From Nitrospirota bacterium (GTDB lineage Bacteria; Nitrospirota; Thermodesulfovibrionia; Thermodesulfovibrionales; JdFR-86): a DNA stretch of 64,000 bases. The position numbers and the translations under genes were made by a program. The first letter of the stretch is position 1, and the number at the start of each line of letters is the position of its first letter. Under the pieces are notes generated by a model. It ran no database searches and was not told the origin of the DNA. It was given only the letters and a program-made list of their open reading frames with translations. Shown one piece after another: positions 1-9,236 of the stretch. The stretch is from contig CAVRJY010000001.1 of assembly GCA_963721805.1 (NCBI GenBank), forward strand, positions 896,001-960,000. Reading direction: 5' to 3'.

Positions 1-397
1 CATCGCATACGGGCTTAGCGGGAAGGTAGCGCTATTCCTCGACCAGTATCTCAGCCTCGGCATCCCGGAGGGCAGGCTCGCGTTTGACACGCTTTGGTAT
101 AACGGGCAGCTCAGGGCCGAAGGGTTGAGGCCGGAGTTTGCAAGCCGCCGCAACTGGCCGCTGAGGGGGCTGTTCTGGCTGAGCAAGGAGCTTTTCCCGT
201 GCGGAGGCGCGGCCGGCGCAGGATCGCTCATCGTAGATGATCCGCTATATGGCTTCAGGCGCGGGGAGTTCGAGGCCCGGACGTTGCGAGCCCTGAAGCT
301 CGTGCGCTCGGCGCTGCTCTACCTGGCCATGGCGGTGCACGCCGAGGAGCGCGGCCGGAAGACCCGGCTTATCGCGCATCCCCCGGCCGGGGCATAA
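1..397 (+). CDS. 3' end of an LA2681-family HEPN-like protein (5' end outside the window); the catalytic R-x4-H segment appears absent
   Basis: The frame is open from base 2 and reads IAYGLSGKVALFLDQYLSLGI...FDTLWY...NWPLRGLFWLSKE...TLRALKLVRSALLYLAMAVHAEE, matching the LA2681 HEPN blocks as I recall them. Confidence 0.7.
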   Translation, partial: IAYGLSGKVALFLDQYLSLGIPEGRLAFDTLWYNGQLRAEGLRPEFASRRNWPLRGLFWLSKELFPCGGAAGAGSLIVDDPLYGFRRGEFEARTLRALKLVRSALLYLAMAVHAEERGRKTRLIAHPPAGA

Positions 398-418
398 GCT
401 CTCCCCTTAGTCGCTCTC

Positions 419-982
419 TTAGGGCGCGACTATGATGTCAAAGGCGCTCTTCCACTTCATGAGCGTGAGCCTGGCGCCGGGGAACGACTTCGCGATCTTC
501 AGTGCGTCCGCCCTGAAATCCGCGTGATAGTATATCGTCCGCTTCTTGATCGACTTGCCGCCGGTCCTGACTAAAGTGACGTCTCCGTAACCGAGTTTCT
601 TAAGCTTCGGCACCGCGGCCACGGCGGCCCTGCCGCCCTTGTCCGCGCCACGCGCCAATACCTTGATCTTCAGGCCCTCGCCCGCAGCGGCTGACTCAGG
701 GGCGGCCTCGGGCTTCTTCGCCTCCTCGATGGAGGCCGCGAGCCTGTCCTGCCCTGTCTTGAGCTCGGCGGTCTGGGCCTCTACGGCCTTGAGCCTGCCA
801 TCGGTGTCGCTGGCCTTCAGCTCGAGGTTTTCGACCTTCGTGAGCATCGCCCTGTTATCGTCCTGAAGCGCGACCACGGACTTCTCGAGCGCCTTGTACC
901 TGACCTCCTTCGCGCCCCCGGCGCACGCGGCGAACAGCAGCCCCATCGACAGCAAGCAGGCGATATATAATGCGCGTCTCAT
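419..982 (-). CDS. Lipoprotein with a coiled coil and a LytR_C-like C-terminal domain
   Basis: GGAGG RBS before the ATG at 982; lipobox LFAAC; heptad-like segment; C-terminal KIKVL...KLKKLGY...TIYY...DIIV pattern (ORF track starts it at 1015). Confidence 0.6.
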   Translation of the reverse strand: MRRALYIACLLSMGLLFAACAGGAKEVRYKALEKSVVALQDDNRAMLTKVENLELKASDTDGRLKAVEAQTAELKTGQDRLAASIEEAKKPEAAPESAAAGEGLKIKVLARGADKGGRAAVAAVPKLKKLGYGDVTLVRTGGKSIKKRTIYYHADFRADALKIAKSFPGARLTLMKWKSAFDIIVAP

Positions 983-1015
983 ATCCCACACCTCCGCAAG
1001 TTTGGTTTTCGTCAT

Positions 1016-1606
1016 CTATAGCACGCCCTTGGTCGAGGGCACGGCGCCCTTTGACCGGGGGTCCAGCTCCATCGCGTTTCTTAGCGCTCGGCCCAGGGCC
1101 TTGAATATGCCCTCCACCATGTGGTGGGTGTTGCGGCCGTAAGGCACGTTGACGTGCAGGGTCACGCCCGCATGGTTTACGAACGCATGCAGGAAGTCCT
1201 CGACCAGGTCCACGTCGAATTCCTTTATCCTGGCCCGTTTCGGGTATGAAACCCGGTACACGAGATATGGCCTGCCGCTGATATCCAGACTGACAGACGC
1301 AAGCGCCTCGTCCATCGGCACTTCCGCGCTGCCGTACCTGCGTATGCCCTTCATCTCGCCCAGCGACTCCTTGAGGCAGCGGCCTATCACTATGCCCAGG
1401 TCCTCGACCGTGTGGTGGTCGTCCACATCGAGGTCGCCCTTAGCGGCGACCTTCGCGTCGATAAGCCCGTGCTTGAACATCAGGCTCAGCATGTGGTCGA
1501 AAAACGCTATGCCGGTCGAGACCTTGTGCACCCCGCTGCCGTCGATGCGCAGCGTGACATTTATATCGGTCTCTTTCGTCTTTCTCTTGATCGTGGACTC
1601 TCTCAT
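1016..1606 (-). CDS. hisB: Imidazoleglycerol-phosphate dehydratase
   Basis: RKTKETDI, TGIAFFDHML, DDHHTVEDLG, PMDEAL, NTHHMVEGIFKA and PSTKGVL motifs. Confidence 0.98.
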   Translation of the reverse strand: MRESTIKRKTKETDINVTLRIDGSGVHKVSTGIAFFDHMLSLMFKHGLIDAKVAAKGDLDVDDHHTVEDLGIVIGRCLKESLGEMKGIRRYGSAEVPMDEALASVSLDISGRPYLVYRVSYPKRARIKEFDVDLVEDFLHAFVNHAGVTLHVNVPYGRNTHHMVEGIFKALGRALRNAMELDPRSKGAVPSTKGVL

Positions 1607-1614
1607 TTGGCTGG

Positions 1615-2644
1615 TTATCCTTTTTTGAGCGTATCTTTAAGCGCGAGCAGAAACGCGCTGTTTTCCTTCTGCGTGCCGACCGTGACCCTCAGGCAGCCGG
1701 GCACGACGCAATCCATGTTGCGCACGAGCACGCCCCGCCGAAGCAGGCCCTTGTGCACCGCGTCAGGGCGCGCGACCTTAAACAGTATGAAGTTCGCCTC
1801 GGAGGGGTAGGGCTCGACGCCATCGGTATTCTCAAGCCCGGACATCAGAGTGTCTCGTTCCTTGACGACCGAGCGCACTATGGAGCGCATGGTTTTTTTG
1901 TCCTTGAGCGCCTTGACCGCTAGAGACTGGGAGCAGGAGTTGAGGTTAAACGGGAGCCTGACCTTGTTGATCTCGCCTATGAGGGACGGATCGGCGGCGA
2001 GGTAGCCCACGCGCAGGGCCGCGAGCCCGATCTTGCTCAGCGTGCGCATGATTACCATGTTCGGGTAGTCGCGCAGCAGAGGCGCGAAGCCTTTTTCACT
2101 CGCAAAGGGTTGGTACGCCTCGTCAACGACGACTATCGAACGCTTCGCGGCCTCGGCTATTCGGAGGATGCCCTCGGCGGACATGCAGTTGCCTGTCGGA
2201 TTGTTGGGAGAGGCGATGAAGATCAGCTTGGGTTTCTCCTTGCGTATGGACTTGAGCATCGCGCCCGTATCGAGATCGAAATCGGCGTTTAGAGGCACGG
2301 AGACCGGCCTGTGTCCAAGCGCCTGAGCGATTATGCCATACATAACGAACGTGGGCGTCGGGAAGAGCACCGGGCCGCCAAACGTGGTGATGAGGTAATA
2401 GATGAGTTCGTCCGAGCCGTTGCCGGTGAGTATGTTTTCGGCTGTCGAGGCCCATCGGGCGGCTGAGCTCGCGCCTGAGAGCCTTGGACTCGGGGTCCGG
2501 GTAGCGGTTGAGGTCAATGCCCTTAAACAGGGCCGGGCCGATGGGGCTCTCGTTTGCGTCGAGCTTGACGCGGCACGGGACCTCCTTCGCCTCATAGGCG
2601 CGGAGCCCCCTGACGTTCGGCCTTACGAGCTTGCGCAAATCCAT
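1615..2644 (-). CDS. hisC: Histidinol-phosphate aminotransferase, split by a net +1 frameshift near 2440-2470
   Basis: N-terminus (KLDANE, LNRYPD) is in ORF 2123..2644; the remainder (GNGSDELI, SPNNPTG, VVDEAY, RTLSKIG, LRVTVGT) is in ORF 1615..2595. Confidence 0.93.
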
Positions 2645-2696
2645 CTTAACCGCACCCTCCAGTGCCCTCGTAACGGGGCGAATGTATTATACATTA

Positions 2697-2874
2697 GAAC
2701 CTGTCTCAAGATTGATTCTGGCTGCAAGAGGCTGAGATCGCGGGATACGGCGTCGTACAAGCAAAAATCGTCCTCAATGTAGCGCTGCTATACCTACGTC
2801 CGATTTTTCCTTTTCTCCTTGTCTGCCACGATTTCCTCTCTCTTTCGCTTCAGAATCAATCTTGAGACAAGTTC
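2697..2874. mobile_element. 178-bp MITE-like element with 24-bp terminal inverted repeats
   Basis: GAACCTGTCTCAAGATTGATTCTG (2697-2720) and CAGAATCAATCTTGAGACAAGTTC (2851-2874) are 23/24 complementary; the interior is non-coding. Confidence 0.75.
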
Positions 2875-2892
2875 AGCGCATTTGAGGCGGAT

Positions 2893-2928
2893 AAAAAAAG
2901 GGGCCGCGGCAATGCCGCTGCCCCTTTT
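2893..2928 (-). terminator. Intrinsic terminator of the repeat-lipoprotein gene
   Basis: Minus strand reads AAAAGGGGCAGCGGC-ATT-GCCGCGGCCCC followed by a T7 run. Confidence 0.8.
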
Positions 2929-2970
2929 GCCGGACTGTTAAGCGTTTGAGCTATCGCTCAGGCGGCCTCG

Positions 2971-4366
2971 TCACGGGCCGGCCTCGAATATCTGGTTGTT
3001 CGCGCCGTCTGACTGATACCACGTGATGATCGAGTTCCCGGCGGCGTCCATCGCGACCTGTGGGTCATAGGCGTCCTGCCCGTAGGGGCTGATGTTGTCG
3101 GTGAGGCTGGAGGGGTTCGTCCAGGAGGCTCCGTCGTAAACGCTCTTGAATATCTGGTTGTTCGCGCCGTCGGACTGATACCACGTGATGATCGAGTTCC
3201 CGGCGGCGTCCATCGCGACCTCTGGAGTAAATGGCATCCTGCCCGCTGGGGCTTATGTTGTCGGTGAGGCCGGAGGGGTTCGTCCAGGAGGCTCCGTCGT
3301 AAACGCTCTTGAATATCTGGTAATTCGTGCCATCGGACTGATACCATGTGATGACCGCGCCGCCACTGTCACTCATCGCGGCCTGAGGACTTACAGCACT
3401 CTGCCCGTCGGGGCTGATGTTGTCGGTGAGGCCCGATGGGTTGGCCCATGAGGTCCCGTTGTAAACGCTCTTGAAGATCTGGGTGTTCGTCCCGTCGGAC
3501 TCGTACCACGTGATGATCGCGTTGTCGTTATTGTCCATCGCGACCGCCGGGTTATTGGCCCACTTCCCGTCGGGGCTGATATAGTCGCCGATGCCTGAGG
3601 GGCCGGTCCATGAGCCGCCCCGGTACTCGCTCTTGTAGACGTGATAGTTCGTGCCGTCGTACTCGTCCCATGTGATGATCGCGTTGCCGTTGTCGTCCAT
3701 CGCGACCGAGGGAGAATCGGACCACTGCCCGGCGATACTTACAATGTCGCCTAGTCCTGAGGGGCTGGTCCATGAGCCGCCGCGATACTCGCTCTTGTAT
3801 ATATTGTTATGCGAGCCGTCGTACTGTTTCCAGGCGATGATCGCGTTGCCGCTCTGGTCCATCGCGATCCGGGGGGGCTCGGCATCCCCGCCGTCGGGGC
3901 TTATATTGTCGGTCAGCGACGAGGGGTTGGTCCATGAGGTCCCATTGTAGACGCTCTTGAATATCTGGGTATTAGAGCCGTCGTACTGCCGCCAGGTTAT
4001 GATCGCATCCCCGCTGTTATCCATCGCGACCCGCGGATTATATGCGTTGCTTCCGTCGGGGCTTATGTTGTCGGTGAGGCTGGAGGGGTTGGTCCATGAG
4101 GTCCCGTTGTATACGCTCTTGAATATCCGGGAATACGTCCCGTCGCTTTGGTCCAATACGATGATCGCGTTGCCATTGTCGTCCATCGCGACCTGTGGGT
4201 CGGAGGCGTTCTGGCCGTCGGGGCTCAGGTTGTTGGCCAGTGCCGGGTCAGGTGTTTTGCTGCTGCCGCCATCGCCTCCGCTGCTGCCGCCCGAGCCGCA
4301 GCCCGAAAGCGCTAATAAAAATACTGCCAGTAATATAAAGCCGGTCCTCTTAAATGCCATAGACAT
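2971..4366 (-). CDS. Lipoprotein with eight 54-aa repeats (the last partial), probable beta-propeller; +1 frameshift near 3230
   Basis: Lipobox LSGC and a Gly/Ser linker; repeat PxVAMDxxGNAIITWxQxDGxNxQIFKSVYxGxSWTNPSxLTDNIS; DNA period is 162 bp except for one 163-bp spacing (3211 to 3374). Confidence 0.8.
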
Positions 4367-4451
4367 CTCGCGTCTCCTCTCAGGTATAGATAGGATTATT
4401 GGCGTGGAAAAAACAATGCCGGTGAGCGGCCTCCCCCTTGAATACGCGGTC

Positions 4452-4480
4452 ATGTTAACACCGGCATGGATTATTGTCAA
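4452..4480 (-). promoter_or_regulatory. Sigma-70 promoter of the repeat-lipoprotein gene
   Basis: TTGACA-N17-TAACAT on the minus strand. Confidence 0.6.
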
Positions 4481-4506
4481 CCGTTTGGGTTCAGCGGGGC
4501 CAAAGC

Positions 4507-4536
4507 TTTACATATTTCGCACCGAAATCGTATAAT
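4507..4536 (+). promoter_or_regulatory. Sigma-70 promoter of the etfB operon
   Basis: TTTACA-N18-TATAAT about 40 bp upstream of the etfB ATG. Confidence 0.6.
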
Positions 4537-4576
4537 TTTCGTTGAAAATCCCTGTGTCAAAAAGCGAGGAACGCGG

Positions 4577-5365
4577 ATGAACATAGTAGTCTGCATCAAG
4601 CAGGTCCCGGACACCGCCGAGGTGAGGATTAACCCAGAGACGGGCACCCTCATCCGCGAGGGAGTGCCGAGCATCATCAACCCATACGACATGCACGCCA
4701 TAGAGGCAGCGGTACAGATCAAGGAGGCCACCGGGGCGAAGGTCACGGTGCTGACGATGGGCCCGCCGCAGGCCGATGTCGCGCTCAGAGACGCAATCGC
4801 GATGGGCGCGGACGAGGCGGTGCTGATTAGCGACCGCGCATTCGCGGGCTCCGACACCTGGGCAACCTCATACACGCTCTCGCAGGCCCTGAGAAAGCTC
4901 TCGCCCGACATCATAATGTGCGGCAAGCAGGCTATAGACGGCGATACCGCGCAGGTCGGCCCCGAGGTCGCGGACATGCTCGACATCCCGCACGTGGCGT
5001 ACGTCCGCAAGGTCGTCGCGGTCGAGGAGGGCAAGATCATGGTGCAGCGGCTGATGGACGACGGCTATGACGTAGTGGCCTCTACGATGCCGGTGCTCCT
5101 GACCGTGGTTAAGGAGCTCAACATCCCCCGCCTGCCGTCGCTGAAGGGCAAGATGGCGGCCAAGAAGGCCGTGATCCCCAAATGGAGCGCCGCGGACATC
5201 GAGGCGATACCAGAGAACCTCGGGCTCACCGGCTCGCCCACCAAGGTCAAGAACATCTTCGCCCCGGAGATGCGCACCGACCGCGAGATGATCGAGGGCG
5301 GGTCTGTTGAAGAGAAGGTCGAGACGCTGATCGCGAAGCTTAAGGAGCTGAAATGGCAATTATAG
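4577..5365 (+). CDS. etfB: Electron transfer flavoprotein beta subunit (FixA family)
   Basis: MNIVVCIKQVPDT, INPYD, DRAFAGSDT and GKQAIDGDTAQVGP motifs; GAGGA RBS. Confidence 0.95.
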   Translation: MNIVVCIKQVPDTAEVRINPETGTLIREGVPSIINPYDMHAIEAAVQIKEATGAKVTVLTMGPPQADVALRDAIAMGADEAVLISDRAFAGSDTWATSYTLSQALRKLSPDIIMCGKQAIDGDTAQVGPEVADMLDIPHVAYVRKVVAVEEGKIMVQRLMDDGYDVVASTMPVLLTVVKELNIPRLPSLKGKMAAKKAVIPKWSAADIEAIPENLGLTGSPTKVKNIFAPEMRTDREMIEGGSVEEKVETLIAKLKELKWQL

Positions 5366-6546
5366 TCAACCGAGACAAGTGCACCGGGTGCGAGAGCTGC
5401 ATAGCGGTATGCCCGTTTGACGCGATCAAGATGGAGGGCGGCAAGGCCCTTATAAATGAATACTGCCAGGCATGCAGCGCCTGCATCGAGACCTGCCCGG
5501 AGGGCGCGATATCCCGCGTGGACGAGGCACCGGCGGCCGACGCGGCATCGCTGGACTCGTACCGGGGAGTATGGGTGTTCGCCGAGCAGCGCGACGGCCA
5601 TCTCGCCCACGTCGGCGTGGAACTCCTCGGCGCGGGCCGGAAGCTCGCGGATAGATTAGGCGTCGAACTAGCTGCGGTGCTCTTCGGCGCGCCGCGCGAG
5701 GCTGCCGAAGAGCTGACAAGGTGGGGCGCGGACAAGGTATACCACGCGCCTGACGACTCCCTGCGCGCGTTTAACGACGAGCCGTACGCCGAGCTGCTGA
5801 TAAAGCTGATCAAGACATACAAGCCCGAGGCGGTGCTATCGGGCGCGACACCCATCGGCAGGTCGTTTATGCCGCGCGTCGCGTCGCGCGTGCGCACCGG
5901 ACTGACCGCCGACTGCACGCAGCTTGGGGTCGACGACGGCTCTCGCAACCTGCTTCAGATCCGGCCCGCATTCGGCGGCAACATCATGGCCACGATCATG
6001 TGCCCGAACAACAGGCCCCAGATCGCTACAGTCAGGCCGCGCGTGATGAAGCCCAACGAGTACGACGCCTCGCGCACCGGCACGATAGTCGAGGTCGACG
6101 CAAGCGGGCTTAAGTCCCGCACCAAGGTGATAGAGACCGTAAAAGAGGTCGAAGAAAACGCATGCAGCCTGCAGGACGCACCGGTCATCGTATCGGGCGG
6201 ACGCGGCCTGGGCGGCCCCAAGGGGTTCGAGATGCTTCGCGAGCTCGCCGAGCTTCTGGGCGGGACTGTCGGATCTTCACGCGCAGCGGTGGACGAGGGC
6301 TGGATAGCGTACCGCCATCAGGTCGGGCAGACCGGCAAGACCGTATGCCCGCGCATCTATATCGCGTGCGGCATCTCGGGCGCGGTGCAGCACCTCGTGG
6401 GGATGCAGTCTTCGGACATCATCATCGCGATCAACAACAACCCGGAGGCCCCGATCTTCAAGGTCGCGACACTAGGCATAGTCGGCGATCTCTACGAGGT
6501 CATCCCGGCGCTGATCCGCAGGATCAAGCAGGAAAAGGGCGCATGA
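5353..6546 (+). CDS. etfA: ETF alpha subunit with an N-terminal 2x[4Fe-4S] ferredoxin domain
   Basis: CTGCESCIAVCP and CQACSACIETCP, then GLTADCT, RPAFGGN, QVGQTGK and GISGAVQH. Confidence 0.95.
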   Translation: MAIIVNRDKCTGCESCIAVCPFDAIKMEGGKALINEYCQACSACIETCPEGAISRVDEAPAADAASLDSYRGVWVFAEQRDGHLAHVGVELLGAGRKLADRLGVELAAVLFGAPREAAEELTRWGADKVYHAPDDSLRAFNDEPYAELLIKLIKTYKPEAVLSGATPIGRSFMPRVASRVRTGLTADCTQLGVDDGSRNLLQIRPAFGGNIMATIMCPNNRPQIATVRPRVMKPNEYDASRTGTIVEVDASGLKSRTKVIETVKEVEENACSLQDAPVIVSGGRGLGGPKGFEMLRELAELLGGTVGSSRAAVDEGWIAYRHQVGQTGKTVCPRIYIACGISGAVQHLVGMQSSDIIIAINNNPEAPIFKVATLGIVGDLYEVIPALIRRIKQEKGA

Positions 6547-7478
6547 AGATCGCGTTCGTATTCCCCGGCCAGGGCTCGCAGAAGGTCGGGATGGGCAGGG
6601 ACCTCTTCGACGGCTACGACAAGGTGCAGGCGCTTTACGAGCGCGCGTGCGAGGCGCTGAATTTCGATATCGCGGGGCTGAGCTTCAACGGGCCCGAGGC
6701 CGAACTCAACCAGACGATGCGCACGCAGCCTGCACTGGTCGCGGCGAGCACCGCGGCGTATGCCGTGCTGCTCGGAAGCGGGATCAAGCCGGACGTCGTC
6801 GCGGGCCACAGCCTCGGCGAATACTCCGCGCTCGTCGCGGCGGGCGTGCTTAATTTCGCTGATGCGCTTAAGGTCACGGAGCTTCGCGGCAGGCTCATGC
6901 AGGAGGCGGTGCCCGAGGGCAAAGGGCTGATGGCGGCCGTGCTCGGCATGGGGCGCGAGGTACTGATCGAGGCATTAAAAGAGGTCAAGAGCGGATATGT
7001 CGCCCCTGCGAACTTCAACTGTCCCGGCCAGATCGTGATCTCAGGCGAGCGCGTTGCTGTCGAGGAGGCGATGGAGGTCTTGAAGGCTCGCGGGGCCAAG
7101 CGCGTGATCGCGCTTTCTGTAAGCGTGCCCTCGCACAGCAAACTGATGGACGAGGCCTCGAAGAAGCTCTCGGAGCATCTCTTTTTGGGCGATATCGAGG
7201 TGCGCGAGCCGAGGGTGCCGGTCGTCTGCAACTCCGACGCGATATTTTTAAGCACCACGGACGGGATCAAGGCCGCGCTCGTCAAGCAGTTAAACTCCCC
7301 CGTGCTCTGGGAGGACTCCGTGGCCGCGATGGTCAACTCCGGCGTAGATACCTTCATCGAGGTCGGCCCCGGCAAGGTCCTCTGCGGGCTTATAAGGAAG
7401 TGCAACCCCGACGTCCGGACGCTAAACGTCGAGGACCGCGCGAGCCTGGAGAAGACGCTCGCCGAACTCGCGGCTTAA
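6543..7478 (+). CDS. fabD: Malonyl-CoA:ACP transacylase
   Basis: FPGQGSQ, GHSLGE and EVGPGKVL motifs; ATGA overlap with etfA. Confidence 0.96.
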   Translation: MKIAFVFPGQGSQKVGMGRDLFDGYDKVQALYERACEALNFDIAGLSFNGPEAELNQTMRTQPALVAASTAAYAVLLGSGIKPDVVAGHSLGEYSALVAAGVLNFADALKVTELRGRLMQEAVPEGKGLMAAVLGMGREVLIEALKEVKSGYVAPANFNCPGQIVISGERVAVEEAMEVLKARGAKRVIALSVSVPSHSKLMDEASKKLSEHLFLGDIEVREPRVPVVCNSDAIFLSTTDGIKAALVKQLNSPVLWEDSVAAMVNSGVDTFIEVGPGKVLCGLIRKCNPDVRTLNVEDRASLEKTLAELAA

Positions 7479-7504
7479 TACAACACATACTGGAGGCGGC
7501 AATC

Positions 7505-7996
7505 ATGCATATCAAGGGCAGGATCTGGAAGTTCGGAGACAACATAGACACGGACGCGATCATCCCGGCGCGGTACCTCAACACATCGGACCCGAAGGAA
7601 CTGGCGGCCCATGTGATGGAGGACGCGGACGCGGACTTCCCCAGGAAGGTCAAGCCGGGCGACATCATCGTCGGCGGGTCGAACTTCGGCTGCGGCTCGT
7701 CTAGAGAGCACGCGCCGCTTGCGATCAAGACCGCCGGGATCGCGGCCGTCATAGCCAAGAGCTACGCGCGCATATTCTACCGCAACGCATTCAATATCGG
7801 GCTGCCGATCTTCGAGGCCCCGGACATGCCGGACGCGGTCGCCGAGGGCGACGTGCTCGATCTCGACGCGGAGGCCGGGGTAGTGAAGGACATCACCAAG
7901 GGCACGTCGTACAAGGTCTCGCCGATACCCCCGTTCATGCAGGAGCTGATCTCCGCTGGCGGCCTCATCGAGTGGACCAAGAAAAAAATAGCATAA
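7505..7996 (+). CDS. leuD: 3-isopropylmalate dehydratase small subunit
   Basis: DNIDTDAIIPARYL, NFGCGSSREHAP and ARIFYRNAFNIG motifs; GGAGG RBS. Confidence 0.96.
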   Translation: MHIKGRIWKFGDNIDTDAIIPARYLNTSDPKELAAHVMEDADADFPRKVKPGDIIVGGSNFGCGSSREHAPLAIKTAGIAAVIAKSYARIFYRNAFNIGLPIFEAPDMPDAVAEGDVLDLDAEAGVVKDITKGTSYKVSPIPPFMQELISAGGLIEWTKKKIA

Positions 7997-8001
7997 GATA
8001 G

Positions 8002-8036
8002 CGCTCGAAATTCTCGCTTCGCTCGTATTTCGAGCG
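8002..8036. repeat. Intergenic REP-like hairpin
   Basis: CGCTCGAAAT...ATTTCGAGCG forms a 10-bp inverted repeat around TCGCTTCGCTCG; no U tract. Confidence 0.5.
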
Positions 8037-8075
8037 GGGCGCTGAAGATAAATCTCGATCTGAAAGGGACTCAGG

Positions 8076-9134
8076 ATGAAGACATACAAGATAGCGGTAG
8101 TGGCGGGCGACGGCACAGGCCCGGAGGTCGTGGCAGAGGGCCTGAAGGTCCTGGACGTGGTATCGAAAAAGTTCGGGTTCAAGCTCGACCTTACGCACTT
8201 CGACTTCGGCGGCGAGCGCTACCTGCGCACGAACGAGGTGCTGCCGGCCTCGGCGATTGACGACCTCCGCAAGTTCGACGCGATATTCCTAGGCGCGATC
8301 GGCCACCCGGACGTGAAGCCCGGCATATTGGAGAAGGGCATCCTGCTGAAGCTCCGCTTCGAACTCGACCAGTACATAAACCTCCGCCCGGTCAAGCTAT
8401 ACCCCGGCGTGGACTGCCCTCTGAAGGGCAAGGGGCCGGAGCACATAGACTTCGTCGTGGTGCGCGAGAACACCGAGGGGCTATACGCGGGCGCGGGCGG
8501 TTTCCTTAAGAAGGGCACGCCGGATGAGATCGCCACGCAGGAGTCGATAAACACGCGCAAGGGCGTGGATAGGTGTCTCAAGTATGCGTTTGAGTACACG
8601 AAGAAGCGCAACAAGGACAACAAGCTCACGCTCTGCGGCAAGACGAACGTGCTTACGTTCGCGTTCGACCTCTGGATGCGCGCGTTCAACGAGATGGCCA
8701 CGGCGTATCCGGGCATCACGGCCAACTACGCGCACGTCGACGCGATCACGATGTGGTTCGTCAAGAACCCCGAATGGTTCGACGTGATCGTCACCGACAA
8801 CATGTTCGGGGACATCATCACGGATTTAGGCGCGATGATACAGGGCGGCATGGGCATCGCTGCGGGCGGCAACATCAACCCCGAGGGCGTCTCGATGTTC
8901 GAGCCGATCGGCGGCTCGGCCCCGAAGTACAGGGGATTAAACGTGATCAACCCGCTCGCGGCCATATGCGCCGGGGGGATGATGCTCACGCACCTTGGCG
9001 AGGAGAAGGCTGGGGCGGCCATCGAGGCCGCCGCGATGGAAGTGACCGGAAAGCACATCAAGGACCTCGGCGCGGGCAAGATGGGGATGTCTACCACGCA
9101 GGTCGGCGACCTTGTCGCCAAGCTCGTAAGCTAA
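8076..9134 (+). CDS. leuB: 3-isopropylmalate dehydrogenase
   Basis: [28 protein letters not shown] and FEPIGGSAP motifs; follows leuD. Confidence 0.93.
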   Translation: MKTYKIAVVAGDGTGPEVVAEGLKVLDVVSKKFGFKLDLTHFDFGGERYLRTNEVLPASAIDDLRKFDAIFLGAIGHPDVKPGILEKGILLKLRFELDQYINLRPVKLYPGVDCPLKGKGPEHIDFVVVRENTEGLYAGAGGFLKKGTPDEIATQESINTRKGVDRCLKYAFEYTKKRNKDNKLTLCGKTNVLTFAFDLWMRAFNEMATAYPGITANYAHVDAITMWFVKNPEWFDVIVTDNMFGDIITDLGAMIQGGMGIAAGGNINPEGVSMFEPIGGSAPKYRGLNVINPLAAICAGGMMLTHLGEEKAGAAIEAAAMEVTGKHIKDLGAGKMGMSTTQVGDLVAKLVS

Positions 9135-9158
9135 ATTTAAGTTACCTTATCCATGCAG

Positions 9159-9187
9159 GGCCGGGATTATCTCCCGGCCTTTTTTTT
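9159..9187 (+). terminator. Intrinsic terminator after leuB
   Basis: GGCCGGGA-TTATC-TCCCGGCC followed by a T8 run. Confidence 0.9.
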
Positions 9188-9201
9188 GCGCTCGCAATGG
9201 A

Positions 9202-9230
9202 TTGACACGAATCAGATGGAGTGCTAGGGT
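9202..9230 (+). promoter_or_regulatory. Sigma-70 promoter of ygiD
   Basis: TTGACA-N17-TAGGGT with an extended TG; the ATG is 6 nt downstream. Confidence 0.55.
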
Positions 9231-9236
9231 TATGCC

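Noticed and set aside
2971..4230. Regular DNA repeats as a CRISPR array or a DGR template/variable pair
   Set aside because: The period is 162 bp and in-frame coding, with no unique spacers; there is no cas or reverse transcriptase gene in the window
4466..4576. Upstream extensions in the ORF track for etfB, and likewise fabD, leuD, tetR, spy and cheW
   Set aside because: Downstream ATGs have RBSs and match the family N-termini; the extensions overlap promoters or neighbouring genes
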